A stretch of 63,807 bases of DNA, filler included, from Octopus bimaculoides (taxonomy: Eukaryota), in NCBI RefSeq assembly GCF_001194135.2. It is 7 parts of 7 records of this genome, joined end to end, with 100 filler letters (N's around TTAATTAATTAA, not from the genome) between each part and the next. Parts side by side here need not be neighbours in the genome. Positions count along the whole stretch, not along the records: positions 29,001 to 39,374 come from NC_068984.1; positions 39,475 to 47,198 come from NC_068986.1; positions 47,299 to 60,337 come from NC_068993.1; 4 more parts are not named here. The stretch is one strand, 5' to 3'. A model generated the notes under the pieces. It had not been told where the DNA came from. It was given only the letters and a program-made list of their open reading frames with translations, and ran no database searches. Shown one piece after another: positions 37,147-52,449 of the stretch. Position 1 is the first letter of the stretch; each line of letters opens with the position of its first letter. The position numbers and the translations under genes are program-made.

Positions 37147-39277
37147 TATTCAAATACACGTTTATTTAATTTGACGCTTTAATTTCTCCACTCTTCTCGT
37201 GGAAGGAGCGGGCCTAGTGATTAGGGCGTAGTGATTAGGGACTAGTGTTTAGGCCTAGTGATTAGGGGTGTTGCGCTCACGAAAGTGTGGTCATCGTTTC
37301 GATTCCCAGACCGAACAGTGCGTTTTGGTTTTGACCAAAGCACTTTATTTCACGTTACTCCTGTTCCATCAACTATGAATGAAGAACCCTGCCATAGACA
37401 GGCGCCTCGTTCGGTGGAATGTTGTGTGGTATGGGTGACGTATACGCCAAGAAACCCGAGTAACCACCCTATGAGTCACTAGGCTCGAAACTACTTACTT
37501 TTACTGTTCACTATTTTAGTTTCTACATACTCTTACGCGATTATACATTCACACAAATGTAGAAAAAAACAACTTCTTCTCCCCATAAAGAAGGCAACAT
37601 GTCTGAAATGTGAAGGGACAGTATATAAACCAGTATTACATCATGGTGGCAATTGTGCAACAAAATATGATTTCAAACACATCTTAGTGAATTTTACAAC
37701 GAAGCATAAAATAGATAACATTGATTTGACAGCTAATAATTTTAAAGAGAGTCATATAATAACATTAATATCAAGGACGTTGGTAGCATGTACATAGCAT
37801 ACAATATATATAAAAAAATAAACCGATGATAGATGTGTTAATCGACAAGTTTGCACTTGGCAAACACAAAATGTGCTTTGTGTTAGGAATACACAGATGA
37901 CATATGTAATATAGTAAGTGGTAACTTCACGAATTGAAGACAAGAATTCCATATACAATGTATGAACAACAGTCATATGACATAAGATAATAGAATTCAA
38001 CAGAACACAGAGGTCGTTGCAAAGACGAATACGAGGGTAAGAAGCGCTAACACATAGTTATATACTAAGACTCTTAAAGTCGGCTATACGGTTTTCTTGG
38101 CGTATAAAGAACGAAGATCCCAACGTTCCCTTCTTCAGCTGGTCCGCTGTAGTGCTCAAGGCTAGTTGTTATTTTAAGAGGACGAAACAAGTCGCTTACA
38201 TCAACCCCAGTACAACAGTGATACTTGATGTTACTACTGTGAACGATACCAAGCAAAGAAAATAGACGTGGGTCAGCGATGAGTAGTTTGTGAAGTCTCT
38301 AACATAAACGCCTGTTTCAATCGCTATCTTTATAAATATGGCGACAAAACCATATTGTCGAAACGGAATTGCTAGATATAGTAAGAAGCATCACAATTTA
38401 TTAAATTTCCAAAGAAAATACAAACAGGGGTAATGAAGACTACAAGATACGAACCAGAAATTGAAAGGTTGAACAAATTATCTTTTAATTGTTTCGGTCA
38501 TTGGACTGTGGTCATGCTGGGGCAAGTTATAAAGACATTAATTAGGATGAACGAGATATTTCTTCCACATCATTTTTCTTTCTTTCTTCGTTAGTTTGCT
38601 ATCAGGTAAGTCAGTGATCAAAGGTTATTGATCAAAGCTGTTTAGATTTAACTAGAAAGAAAACACCGCTCCTTTACTTCTTCACAAATTTCTTGCACGA
38701 ATACACTCTCAGGCACGTATATACAAACACCTATTTTCTCTCACCCTCTTTCTCTCTTTTTCTCACTCTGTCTATCTGTCTCTCTGCATGCATACCTGTC
38801 TATTTATCTATGTATATCTCTCTGTTTATCTCTCTCCCTCTCTTATTTGTACAGTCATTCCTATATACTGGTTTCAAATACGGGTACAAAGCCAACAAAT
38901 CTGTGCTCGGTCGATGCATATTTATCAACCTGACTCGACAGTGGTTTTCAGTTCGTCATTTACATTGTTTCTGGTCGTCCACGTTGCTCATTTGTGAGGT
39001 CAAAATTACCAGAACGAAATATTGCAAACCACTTTGATAGTGTACTGGGTAAAAACCTTAGAATGAAATACTCCATTAATATTCCGAGCAGTCTGTGATG
39101 CTGTCCAAGAAAGAACTCACATTTCAAAACTACGAATTTCCGACTTATCCATCTTTAAACAAAAATAGCAGAAAACGATTTATAAATAATTTATAGAGCG
39201 CAAAATGAGCAGCTGTCAAAATTTACCATATACCTTACTACAAATTTCATACTTGACAACTTAATACATGCATACAT

Positions 39278-39326
<49 letters not shown>

Positions 39327-39334
39327 CACACACG

Positions 39335-39367
<33 letters not shown>

Positions 39368-39509
39368 TTCTTGCNNNNNNNNNNNNNNNNNNNNNNNNNN
39401 NNNNNNNNNNNNNNNNNNTTAATTAATTAANNNNNNNNNNNNNNNNNNNNNNNNNNNNNNNNNNNNNNNNNNNNTATATATATATATATATATATGCATG
39501 TATGTGTAC

Positions 39510-39553
<44 letters not shown>

Positions 39554-41384
39554 TTATGTATGCATGCTTTTGTATGTGTTTGTACACACGTCTTTATGTA
39601 CATACAACACACACACACACACTCTCATATATAACGTTAGAGAATGTTTGGCTATGAAATTCCTGTCGTATTTATGAGATTGTGGGTTGTATCGTATGCA
39701 AAACCTAAGACTAACACAACACATCAAAATAAAGCAGAAGTTCCTTTTTTTTATAATGGTAATGATGATGATAAGGCCAGTTAGTTGATGGGATTTAACC
39801 AAAGTTAAAAGTCACCTCGGGCAACTGTTTTCTACTATGGCCTCCGGCCAACTAAGGCCTTGTGTGTGGATTTACTACAGTGAAACAGGAAGAAACCCAT
39901 CGTATATATGCATATATATGTGTGGTGAGTGTGTATATGTGTGTGTGTGTGTGTGCGTCATTGTGTCTGTGTTTGTTCCCTACCATCACTTGACAACCAG
40001 TGTTGCTGTTTTTACGTCCCTGTAACTTAGCGTTTCGGTCAAAGAGACCGATAGAATAAGTAACAGGCTTAGCAAAAAAAAAAAATCTAATTACTGGTCT
40101 CGATTTATTCGACTAAAAATTCTTCAAGGTGGTGCTCCAGCATGGCCGTAGTCTCATGACTGACACAAGTAAAAGATGAAAGATAAATCGTTATAATATT
40201 TATACGTTTATAATAAGTTTAAATATTTAACAAGTGATTAAAGAGAGTAAAAGAATGAAGAAAATATGCCAATAATAATACGGAGAGAAATTTAAAACAA
40301 CATCATAGGAAACGAAAAGTTAAACGTATACACGTTTGTGTAGTGCCTCCTGAAAATGCGATGTATTGAATTACGTAATTGCGGCTTCTGGAAATGGTAA
40401 GAATTCCTGAATATGTGTGTCGCTGTGTTCAAATGGAGGCCGTGATTCGTGATTGATTTATTTTCTTTATGCTAAATGTTTCAGCCAGTTACGACATCAA
40501 GTTCAAAACTATTCTTAAAAAATTAGTCCTGTACAAATGGAAAGGAATGATGTGATATTTGAACATCAGAAAAAAAGAGACAACTACTTTAAAAAAATAT
40601 TTATCCATTATCTCTATTTGAAGACAAGTGCAGAAACTTTCGGACAGTGCAGATATTATCAGAAACATCTGTTACATAGCTGAACTATATAACTTTTATC
40701 TGACATCTTTTCTCAAAAGACATAAAACCACGCATACATATCGCCATATGTGTGCTTCTGCACCTTATTTTTAACATTTCTCATGTTTCAATGTTTTAAC
40801 ATTTCACTTCCTTTTCTTTTCTCTTTCATTTATGTTTTGCACTATTTCTTGCTGGGTGATAAATTTGTTACATGTACCTCCTAAATATATTCGCTGTCAT
40901 ATCTTTTGTCAAGTTGATCACTTTCTTTTCTGTGCTTTTTCTTTACGATAACTCCAGAGTACTCTTGTACATTTAAATCGAAATAACTCAAGTCAACATT
41001 GAAGTGCTTACACATTATAATACAAGACATTCTCTGCTTTGTTTTTTGTCTTTTTTATTTATTTATTTTTTGTTTTCTTTTCTTTCAAAATATTTATTTT
41101 CCGGAACTTAGCATAAATAAAGGGGTTCATCTAAATATTGTTCCTCCGTTCCACAAGAAAGAATTAACAACCCTGATGCGAAACTCGCACTTTGCATTTG
41201 AACACGTTATCTGCAATTGTCTATTGAGTTCTGTAAATTTTAATAATTTGAGCAAAATTATACGTTGTTCAGACACATAGAAAAACATATATACAAGCAC
41301 ACACACACACACGCACACACACACACACACACACATACACACACANNNNNNNNNNNNNNNNNNNNNNNNNNNNNNNNNNNNNNN

Positions 41385-41425
<41 letters not shown>

Positions 41426-42533
41426 ATGCAAACACAAAAACATATATGTACACAGACATATACACGCGCATTTACATCTGTGTGTAGTTATAAAAGAAAA
41501 TGAAAAGATAAGTGAACAAGAAAAATATATACATGAAAAAAACTGCAGAAACAGAGAAAAATTATCGGTAAAAGAAAATAACCAACAAGAACATTTAAAA
41601 TTAGAAATACTAAAGTGTAATGGTAATGGTCATGGTAAATGTTGCTTTCCAGAATATTCCATGTTTCTAAGGAATAATCAATAAAAAAATATAAAACAAA
41701 AATTAAAAGAGAACTGAAAATAGTAACATAGATAACATACATTCCGGTCCATTGGTGATATCAAGTGGTTATCTGTGATCCTCAGTCTGCCTCAATGAAT
41801 AGCGCTATTTTAAGTTACAGTTTATCTATATCTTATGGCATGGTTCAGAGAAAATGGTCTGATTGTACGAGTGATATGCACAACGAAAATTCCTTCGAAT
41901 TTTACACATCAAAGAAAGTGAAGTAAGGTGTGTACCAAACAGGTGTATACGTCAACACATGCTATATNNNNNNNNNNNNNNNNNNNNNNNNNNNNNNNNN
42001 NNNNNNNNNNNNNNNNNNNNNNNNNNNNNNNNNNNNNNNNNNNNNNNNNNNNNNNNNNNNNNNNNNNNNNNNNNNNNNNNNNNNNNNNNNNNNNNNNNNN
42101 NNNNNNNNNNNNNNNNNNNNNNNNNNNNNNNNNNNNNNNNNNNNNNNNNNNNNNNNNNNNNNNNNNNNNNNNNNNNNNNNNNNNNNNNNNNNNNNNNNNN
42201 NNNNNNNNNNNNNNNNNNNNNNNNNNNNNNNNNNNNNNNNNNNNNNNNNNNNNNNNNNNNNNNNNNNNNNNNNNNNNNNNNNNNNNNNNNNNNNNNNNNN
42301 NNNNNNNNNNNNNNNNNNNNNNNNNNNNNNNNNNNNNNNNNNNNNNNNNNNNNNNNNNNNNNNNNNNNNNNNNNNNNNNNNNNNNNNNNNNNNNNNNNNN
42401 NNNNNNNNNNNNNNNNNNNNNNNNNNNNNNNNNNNNNNNNNNNNNNNNNNNNNNNNNNNNNNNNNNNNNNNNNNNNNNNNNNNNNNNNNNNNNNNNNNNN
42501 NNNNNNNNNNNNNNNNNNNNNNNNNNNNNNNNN

Positions 42534-42570
<37 letters not shown>

Positions 42571-43639
42571 CGCGTGTACGTATGTATGTATACTGATATA
42601 TCTAGGTCCTACAATTTGTTTGTTTTGTACAGTAATCCCTCGACTTCGTTCCGTACTCAAATGCTGCCTTATGCTATTGACTCCCGAAGTATAAATAACA
42701 TAACTGGCCTCAGCGAGATTTGAAATCAGAATGTAAATCCGAGAATAATAGAAACCATTCCACAAACGTTCTTTCTTTCTTTGCACGAGATATTTATTTC
42801 TTACGCCTCTGATATTTCTGTAAAATTTCAGTCTTGAAAGTTGTTCGTAAGTCATCTCTGAAGCGATACCAACTAAATTGCCAGAGGCGAATATATGATT
42901 ATACAGGAAGAGAGTAAATCGTGGATCCATACAAATGATGCCGGAGAACACCTTACACAAGAGAGAATGGGTTCGAATACTGAGCAGAGAGAAAAAAAAG
43001 TTGCCCACCTGCTGTCAGAAATTGACTTGAATTACAAATCTATGAAACAGATTTGACAACGGATTTTCCTTCCCACGTGTATATCTGCATTGTGAAAATA
43101 ATAAAGCAGACCACCAATCGAAAAAGTTAAATACTCTAGGCGATGTATATTGAGAAATGCATTATTTGTTAATACTACCCTGACATGCCATTTATTCTAG
43201 AGTATTATTTGATAAAGATCTATATATGTTCGATATATACTATGTAAACGTTTTATTTTTAACTTTACATTGTTCACGTATTCACAGTCTGTTCGATTTC
43301 GTATTTCACAATAGATCAACCGACTGCCAGAAGTAAATAGGAGTAGAATTTATGCATATTTATTTATGTATGTATGTATATTTTTTGTTTGAATTTTATT
43401 TAACTTCTTAAGAGATTTCATGTCGGTCGCTAACAGAGTCACATGATTTCTTTTAGTTAAGAGAGTTCGCGATGTTTGTAAATATGTGGTTAAGTTGCCG
43501 TGTCGGTTGAGCTGTTTCTCGATGCACACACCCATATGTGTATCTATTCATCTAAAGAATCTCAGTTAGAGAATTTCTGCAATGTCTTACAAATCCTCAC
43601 AGTTCCACTAACAGATTGGATTTGAAATATCCTCGTCAG

Positions 43640-44830
43640 TTTATGTTGCTCTTTCTGCGAAAAATTTAGTATTTCTACCCTTTGTGTAAATAAGTTGGTA
43701 CATGATCTAATGCATCTATGATAATAAGAGAAAATGGGAATTTATAGTCAGGATACAAGGGCCGTACGGTCCGCATTAATTCACCATAAATGTTGTCTTT
43801 TTAAGTGGATTTATGATTGTACATTCAGATCCGCTGAGCAGCTGACCTCTACGACAGTTCATGACTTTTGCTCCCTGTTCCACAGAACGATATCAGGTCT
43901 GTTATGGTTGCATACGATGGCTGTTGTTATTGGAGTGTTACACTAGTTCTTTTTGTTTATAAACGTGTGGTTACATATTGGTTCTGACATACCTTTGATG
44001 TATACATGAAGGAAATCCTTTTTACGAAAAGTAATATAAATAGTCTTTGCAACGATATAATATTTCTTGAGCAGGTAATATTTCGTAGACCTTTTAGGGC
44101 AGATGCTACTAATGGGACCGGTGTCTACCTCACTAGTACAGCAGAACCGATATTTTTTATCATTATGCGGAGTTTTGGTGGCATCTTTGTCCATCTTTCA
44201 GTAGCTATCTCCTGTTTCTGGTGGAATATTATGAATCTATAACAGGTTTAGGGGAGGCTACTCTTCTTGTCAATACTATTGTAGCCTTCTAGCTTACGGG
44301 AAATGTAGTCATGCATTGCTTTTTTCTGGCATTATATTTGCTTCTCCGTCGATAAATTCAGTACCAGTGAAACACTAGGGGTCGATGAAATCGACTTACC
44401 TCCTCCCCACAAATTCCAGGCCTTGTGCTTATCGTAGAAAGGATTGGATTTGCTTCTCCTTTAAGCGCCTGTTTAAGTAGACCAGTCCAGCATCCTTTGG
44501 ATTATATGCGACCCCTGTATTCTCAGAAAACCTGCGCAGTAGTTCTTCTCCATCTTTGAAGGTGTTGTTGCTCTCAGTTTTTGAGGATTCATAAAATATA
44601 CTCATTTCTTTCCTTACTCTTCAGCATGTGTTGTCTGAATGTCACAATGCGACATGTCACAATGGTCTTCTGCTGATATACGCTCATCCTTTCATCTGAT
44701 GATACGTTGCGGTAGAGTTATGTGACTTTTCTGGGCATGGATATCGAATTATAGGTGCATATATATTGTATATTCTGCTGGATAATAGGTCATGTCCCTC
44801 AAGTTTTCCACCCATATTGCCCTCACTCAA
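43640..44830 (-). mobile_element. R4/Dong-like RLE LINE C-terminal relic (zinc knuckle plus restriction-like endonuclease), with a SINE B insertion near 44350-44445
   Basis: Minus frames give DKKYRFCCTSEVDTGPISSICPKRSTKYYL (degenerate CCHC knuckle) and HNRPDIVLWNREQKS*TVVEVSCSADLNV...YGELMRTVRPLYPDYKF (PD..E RLE motif). Confidence 0.75.
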
Positions 44831-45086
44831 ATTATTAATTGGAACTTTAACCAATTGAACTGAATGATTGATTGAACGAACGATTGATCAAACGATCAAT
44901 TACTTAATTGGCTAAATGTCAACGAAATGACTTACAAAAGAAAGTGAAATAAAACCAGTGCATGTATTCATTATCAGGAAAATGACCCTCCCAGGATACA
45001 GCAAAATCTGTTTCTGCAGGAGTACACATCAAGAATCCTGCAAACCAAATCCCCAAACTATTTTCGTGTGTCTGTTTGCGCACGCG

Positions 45087-45139
<53 letters not shown>

Positions 45140-47298
45140 GTTAGCAATGCATATAATGTGTCTTTCAAATCATATAGCGTTCTACTGATACATATTTGCT
45201 TAGGGAAAGGGAAATGCAAATGAGTATACGTCAACGTTGCTTAATCTTATTGATGTCTTCGGAAGGTGTACATAAAAAAAATAAAGATCAGGATTCATAC
45301 TTTAGGTAGATTATGTAATTGAGTTTGAATGGAAAGAAGGAAGCAGTTTTAATGCGATTAGTAAAGCAATAATGGCTAATTCGATTTAGATAATGTGTTA
45401 AGCTAAAGCATTATATGGGATAAGACAGTAAAATTATTTTAAAGTGTAAAGAACAAAACGGAGCGCTTAACCAACGAAGAAATATTATATATGTGTATGT
45501 ATGTATGGATGTATGTAGTTTGTATGTATGTGTATATGTATGCGTACGAGCATGTGTGTGTGCAAGTGTATGTGTGTGCCTGTTTGTAAGTGTGTCTATG
45601 TATGTGTATGATATATACATTATTTTAAATGGCGTGATTAAAATTAACGATTGTTAAAAAAATGGATGCTTTTCCTTTTAAATATGGGTTGGAACAAAAG
45701 TTCGTACTGTTCATAACAAAAATTCAAGAACAGTATTTAAATGTTTGTACATACATTCATTCAAGCACGTATGTCTCGTTTGGATCCGTTACTTTCCACC
45801 ATTTTGGAGGAAGCTCCATGACTCCGTCCACCCGGAACTATATGTATGTCTGTATGCATGTATGTATGTATGTATTAGCGCACATACATACTGTACAATC
45901 GAAAAGAAAAAAAAAGAAAAAGAAAACACTTTTTTTAGAAACGTTAATTTTATTTTCGCTTTTATCTATGTAGATGTGTGTGTACCTATATACATGTCTG
46001 TACATATGTCATCTGAGCCTTTTTACTTCTTTTAAACACCAAAAAGTTTATCTTACTAGCTAACTATATACAAAACCTCAAAAATATAAATTAGGTGCCA
46101 AATAATATTATTTGGCCATTCATCTACACTGGAGTGTCATACCATGGAAGAAAGATTCCATGTTAGTTACGCTGAAAATAGTCTATAAACATCCTGTTGC
46201 ATAATCCACCGCAACACTGAACCAGATTGTGTCCATGTGTTCATAGATTCGTCAAAAGATTCCGATTTTATCACATCTCTAAATGTAGCGCTTTGAGGTT
46301 CCTCACACAGTTCTCATATACATAGGTTAGAGACTAATTATATGCCGATTAAGTTTAATTCATTTAAATCCGTTGTGCACCCTTTTATACCTCATCTTCT
46401 ACACCCTCCTCTGAATTACTCCTACGCTATTCCTATGCCCACATTTAACATCATTCATACTTTCCATTGAACTTACAATTTTTAATTCATTATTGTTACA
46501 ATAAATAAATTATTTAATTGTGTAGCTATCAGCAAATGCATTCATATAAATCGTCCTCTCTGTCCTCATAATGGACCTTATAGCTTATAAACTTATGAAA
46601 CTGAATCCAGTCATAATGAGCTAATTAATATGCCTAAATTTGCATTACCTCTCAACCATGTATAGAAGAATGGGCAGAAAAAGGCCAAAATTAAGGAAAG
46701 AACAACCATAAAAACGTTCGTGTTTGTTACTGGATCATCACACACGAAAATATCTGCATTGTTTTCGGTTCAGTTATTCTCAAAATATTGAGATGAAATT
46801 TAATATGGGCCACTTACACACATGGTCAATATGAATTTTTAATATTTTATCATTTGTAAGGCGGCGAGCTGGCAGAAGCGTTAGCACGCCAGGCGAAATG
46901 CTTAGCGGTAATTTCGTCTGTCTTTACGTTCTGAGTTCAAATCCCGCCGAGGTCACATTTGCCGTTCATCCTTTCGGGATCGATAAATTAAGTACCAGTT
47001 GCATCCTCGGTCGATCTAATCGACTGGCCCCCATCTCCAAAAATTTCGAACCTTGTGCCTAGAGTACAAAAGAATAGTTGATCATTTATACCGTCACGCA
47101 CAGTGAAGAATTGTATTAGAAAAGGAATGAAATATTAGCATTAAGTATATTATGATGGGAAGGTTGCGAAAGCTTTGGTCAGCATTTCTTTAGAAAACNN
47201 NNNNNNNNNNNNNNNNNNNNNNNNNNNNNNNNNNNNNNNNNNTTAATTAATTAANNNNNNNNNNNNNNNNNNNNNNNNNNNNNNNNNNNNNNNNNNNN

Positions 47299-47340
<42 letters not shown>

Positions 47341-48377
47341 TGTTCACTGCATCGCAATACATGTCTGCGTCTGCCTTAGAGTAGTTATGATCGTCACATT
47401 TAATATGCTAGCACATGCTAAGGCAGTCAGCTAGCAGAATCGTTGTCACGCCATGGAAAAATACTTAGCGGCATTTCGTCCGTCTTTACGTTCTGAGTTC
47501 AAGTTCTACCGAGGTCGACCTTATCTCTCATCCTTTCTGAGTCGATAAATTAAGAACGATTTGATCCCTGGGGTCGATGTAAACGACTTACTCACTTCTC
47601 CCAAACTTGCTGGTCTTGTGCCAAAATTTAAAAGCAATATACTAGCACCTGCTTCAATATTTGGTTTTTCTTCATGTTATATTCAGAAATGTAGCAATCT
47701 CATTACTACTTATAGTATCATAGTTAACCTCTGGATGGCCCGCATCATTGACAGAGTATAACTATATGGTTCCAATGGAATCGTACGTCCATACAAGTAA
47801 TATTTTAATTATATTTTTCTTTCATATTTCCTTTAATAAATATCTTTGTTAGTTGTGGTCGTCTCTGCTCAGGCTGACCTATGACCTAGGGCATTCTAGC
47901 AGTACTATCCCGTCGTTTTAAGAGTATTTCTAGCTGCATTAACTAATGTTTCCTCTTCTTAAGACGTAGGGTGTGTGCTTCCTCGTTGGTACGTCTTTAT
48001 CAGATTTTTTTATTGAGTTTCAGAAATTATTTTCATATTTCAACATGCTTATTGCGTTGTTAAGTAGGTAAGAGACTCCTCTAGAAGTTTTACTCTCTGA
48101 GTGTGTTATATAAACAATTATAAATTCATTAAAACCTTAAACTCTTCAGTAACGCCCTTGAAAATGACCACTTTATGCACTTAAAAGTTCAAGATTCTGT
48201 ACCTTTGGTAAGTTCACTTTTGTTTTCTCTTCACTGGCTCTAAGAGCCATTTGTATCTCTTTCAGAAACACATCTAGGAATATATACGCGCCAACTATAG
48301 AATAGGCATTAGTTCTTGGTGCTATTCGTGTAGAATTTGTTGTTCCAGTTTGATATCTGGAACACGCACGCACACTC

Positions 48378-48408
<31 letters not shown>

Positions 48409-49313
48409 AGCGCGCGCACACAGATATGGTGATGCAAAGAGGCAAAATAGAACTCAAAATATCAGTATATGTATATTTTAATCAATTTTTAGCAGAAGCA
48501 ACAGTGTGACTCAAGGACCAAGAGTTGCGTTAGCACTTATCAAATTTATATACAATGTATGTGTATATATGTATACGTACTAGTATATATACCCACAAAT
48601 CTATTGATTGAAATCCCAATAACAGAACTACAAGTATATATATATATATATATNNNNNNNNNNNNNNNNNNNNNNNNNNNNNNNNNNNNNNNNNNNNNNN
48701 NNNNNNNNNNNNNNNNNNNNNNNNNNNNNNNNNNNNNNNNNNNNNNNNNNNNNNNNNNNNNNNNNNNNNNNNNNNNNNNNNNNNNNNNNNNNNNNNNNNN
48801 NNNNNNNNNNNNNNNNNNNNNNNNNNNNNNNNNNNNNNNNNNNNNNNNNNNNNNNNNNNNNNNNNNNNNNNNNNNNNNNNNNNNNNNNNNNNNNNNNNNN
48901 NNNNNNNNNNNNNNNNNNNNNNNNNNNNNNNNNNNNNNNNNNNNNNNNNNNNNNNNNNNNNNNNNNNNNNNNNNNNNNNNNNNNNNNNNNNNNNNNNNNN
49001 NNNNNNNNNNNNNNNNNNNNNNNNNNNNNNNNNNNNNNNNNNNNNNNNNNNNNNNNNNNNNNNNNNNNNNNNNNNNNNNNNNNNNNNNNNNNNNNNNNNN
49101 NNNNNNNNNNNNNNNNNNNNNNNNNNNNNNNNNNNNNNNNNNNNNNNNNNNNNNNNNNNNNNNNNNNNNNNNNNNNNNNNNNNNNNNNNNNNNNNNNNNN
49201 NNNNNNNNNNNNNNNNNNNNNNNNNNNNNNNNNNNNNNNNNNNNNNNNNNNNNNNNNNNNNNNNNNNNNNNNNNNNNNNNNNNNNNNNNNNNNNNNNNNN
49301 NNNNNNNNNNNNN

Positions 49314-49363
<50 letters not shown>

Positions 49364-49519
49364 TCAGGGATTCTTTGAAATTTCGGAGTTTATTTTGTGC
49401 ATGACTTTACCAGTCTTCGTATTTCATAATTCTGCTGGCATATCTAAGTCAAAATTCTGTCATGTCTGTGGATCTGTGGATATATTATTTCTTGGCTAAG
49501 ACTGGGTAGATAGATACAA

Positions 49520-49900
49520 TGTAGTTAATTGCTTACTCTCCATTTCAACGTATTCTTCAGTTACTTAATGTATTTTGCTTCATTATGTACTTTTGGTTGT
49601 TTCTGGAGAAGAAGCGTTGATCCCGTGTTGCAGACAAGCACCCTTCTGTTACTGATTAGAGCCCCGCGTTTCTCAACCAGTGTTCAAATTTTCCTTTTGC
49701 TACTTCCGCTCTGTTTAGCTTTTGCAATATTTGGCCATATAGGTGCTTTTCTTGCTATCGATCTCTTAGGGCATTCTTGCTGCCCCAATTTTAGCTCAGA
49801 TTTTAGCTACTTAGATTTCTGTTGTTTCTCCTTTTTCTTCATAGCTATATCTTATCGTATCCGTCTAATTTGTATTGGTTGTTTCCTTGAAAAGTGAAAA
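49520..49900 (-). mobile_element. R4/Dong-like LINE relic (post-RT region)
   Basis: Minus frame HWLRNAGL*SVTEGCLSATRDQRFFSRNNQKYIMKQN matches the WL..GLKxETEG...AAQDQ.L.TRNY motif. Confidence 0.7.
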
Positions 49901-50606
49901 CAATTTGTTTCGCATATGTTTCATAACTATCTATTTTAATTTTCCCACGATTCTATACTTACAATTTCTAGAAACAGACATCTAATAAAGGCAGGCCAAG
50001 CACAGAGGAAAACACTTTTATGGAATTGCTTTTCTATGTAGCACAAGTCACTTTGCAGATTCCAAATTAGGATATTCCCAGTTTCTTTTAAGCAGCAGAA
50101 GACTTACATTAACGACACACAAATAATGATCATTGTGGTGGCTTTACGGCTTTCGTTTTTGTAGCTAATAATTTTGCGGCTTTCGTTATACAATAGGGAC
50201 TCCGAAGTTTACATTTTTTCCTTGTCCTTTTCTCCATTGCCGTAGGGACTCTATATAGACTTTGCATTCTCAAAACTTTACTTTAAAAGTGAGAAAGGTA
50301 TGCGCATCTTACAGTGCCAGTGTTATTTTCTTGACTTTTCCGTAGTATATTCACCAACGACACTTTTGGATGACGCAAATAGGCTCTTCGTGATGAACTC
50401 ATATTTACTTCTTTATCTCTCCCAAATTAGTTTTTAAAAATCAATTGTGAAATCTAAGACAGAAGTTTAAATTTAGGTGACGAACCGCATGATTTCGGGT
50501 TCAGTCCCATTGCGTGGCACTTTGGGCAAGTGTCTTCTACTATAGCCTCGGGCCAACCAAAGCCTTGTGAGTGGATTTGGTAGACAGAAACTGAAAGAAG
50601 CCCGTC

Positions 50607-50656
<50 letters not shown>

Positions 50657-52123
50657 ATGTATGTACGTATGTATGTGTGTGTGCATGTTTGTGTGTCTGT
50701 GCTTGTCCCCCCAAGTAAAAGAGTAATAATATAGAAGTGTAAAATATGTCGAAAATCCCAGCCGCATAATGTCAACAAATATGTTAGCAATGTTCAATGA
50801 TTCAGTTGCATCATCTAATATGGCATCTGCAACCGGCCAAGTTGCTGAGTTTCAATATATTATGACCTCTGACTCAACATAACTTAACTTAACTCCCAAC
50901 TTTCATTTGAATCCGAATCGAAAAAAGAACCCTGTACATTATATTGGAGCAATATCATACTATGGCTGTAACCAGTTATTTTTAAAAGTAGTGCCAATCA
51001 GGTAAAATCAATGTAAGTTTTGGATTCAGAACCAACAAATTATTATAAATTCATTTGGATACTGTTGGTGACTTAAATGTATTTGTCTTTTGTTGGCCAG
51101 TAATATCACTAAAAAGTTCTGACGTCGGAAGAAAGCAGCTAAAAGAAACACAAAGAACAAGAAATTTAAAGACAATTAATCAGTAGTTTACAGAGATTTG
51201 AGCGGATAACAATAGATAAAATAGAAGCGCTTTCTAAAGAAAATACAAATTAGTACATGAGAAAAATCTGTAGAAAGTCAGAAAGGTTTTGTTAAAGTGC
51301 GAAGTGGCTAAGAGAAGTACAAAAGAGATATCACCGCTGTAATGTGCCCAAAGCAGTAAGAATCATTTACGAAACCTTCGAACATGTGATTCAAAACCCC
51401 TAGGATAAGAAAGCGGCAAGGAGAGAGTTGATTGTCAGAAACTGATAGCAAAAGGAATGAATGACAACACCTTCTGTCAGATGTATCTTAGTGACAGTTA
51501 CCAGCAAAATTTCAAACAAGACATAACCGTACTAAATAGGTAAATACCAGATAATTACACGCTAGAATCTTATGTATGAAACATTTACGGGTCCTTTTGA
51601 ACCTTTTTCCTCAAGAATGATTCTGATTATAGTGTTATCACAACTGAACAAGTACTTGGAAAGAAAAGAGTTCGGGGAAAGTACGGAACCACACTTGATC
51701 AATAAAACTGTGACGTCAGCGGTACCGCGGTACAGGAGAAATTTAGAGAGCAATCGCTTATGTTCTTCAGTTCAGGATGCTTGAGTCTCTTTTTATTTGC
51801 TAAGGGGAATTACCATAATCAAGGCCTTACACAATGCGACATCGACCCGTGTCACGATTCTGAAATGAAAGTAATCGTTTTATCGGAGAGATCGATTTCA
51901 AGGCGACAGTCTCTCTATCTCTCTATCTCTTTTACTTGTGTCAGTCATTTGACTGTGGCCATGCTGGAGCACCGCCTTTAGTCGAGCAAATCGACCCAAG
52001 GACTTATTCTTTGTAAGCCTAGTACTAATTCTATCGATCTCTTTTGCCGAACCGCTAAGTTACGGGGACGTAAACGCACCAGCATCGGTTATCAAGCGAT
52101 GTTGGGGGACAAACACAGACACA

Positions 52124-52160
<37 letters not shown>

Positions 52161-52449
52161 GACGGGCTTCTTTCAGTTTCCGTCTACCAAATCCACTCAC
52201 AAGGCTTTGGTCGGCCCGAGGCTATAGTACAAGACACTTGCCCAAGGTTCCACGCAGTGGAACTGAACCCGGAACCATGTGGTTCGTAAGCAAGCTACTT
52301 TATTTCATTTCATTTGATTTGCCATAGAGGCAGTATACAGAGTAGCTGCGTGCTAGACGAACACATTAATGAGATGAAATGGATGATAAACATGATGGTA
52401 TAATGGGAGAAGGCAAAAGCCGCCCGCCGAACTTTGTTTCTCTATAACA

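Noticed and set aside
42600-43008. Open minus frame of about 140 aa
   Set aside because: It overlaps a decayed SINE B fragment (cctcagcgagatttgaaatcagaatgtaaa) and has no recognisable domain or splice signals.
48173-48360. Minus ORF segment YIFLDVFLKEIQM resembling DNAH6 YVHSLLFLDEIQER
   Set aside because: There is no GT donor at the required position and flanking similarity is absent; likely chance.
19076-49404. Long ORFs of 240-350 aa in the track (for example 19076..19939, 25449..26414, 41962..43008, 48530..49363)
   Set aside because: They consist almost entirely of X from N gaps plus dinucleotide repeats.
50800-51760. Possible second, heavily decayed Penelope/GIY-YIG relic
   Set aside because: Only faint motif resemblance with many stops; I cannot support a call without a profile search.
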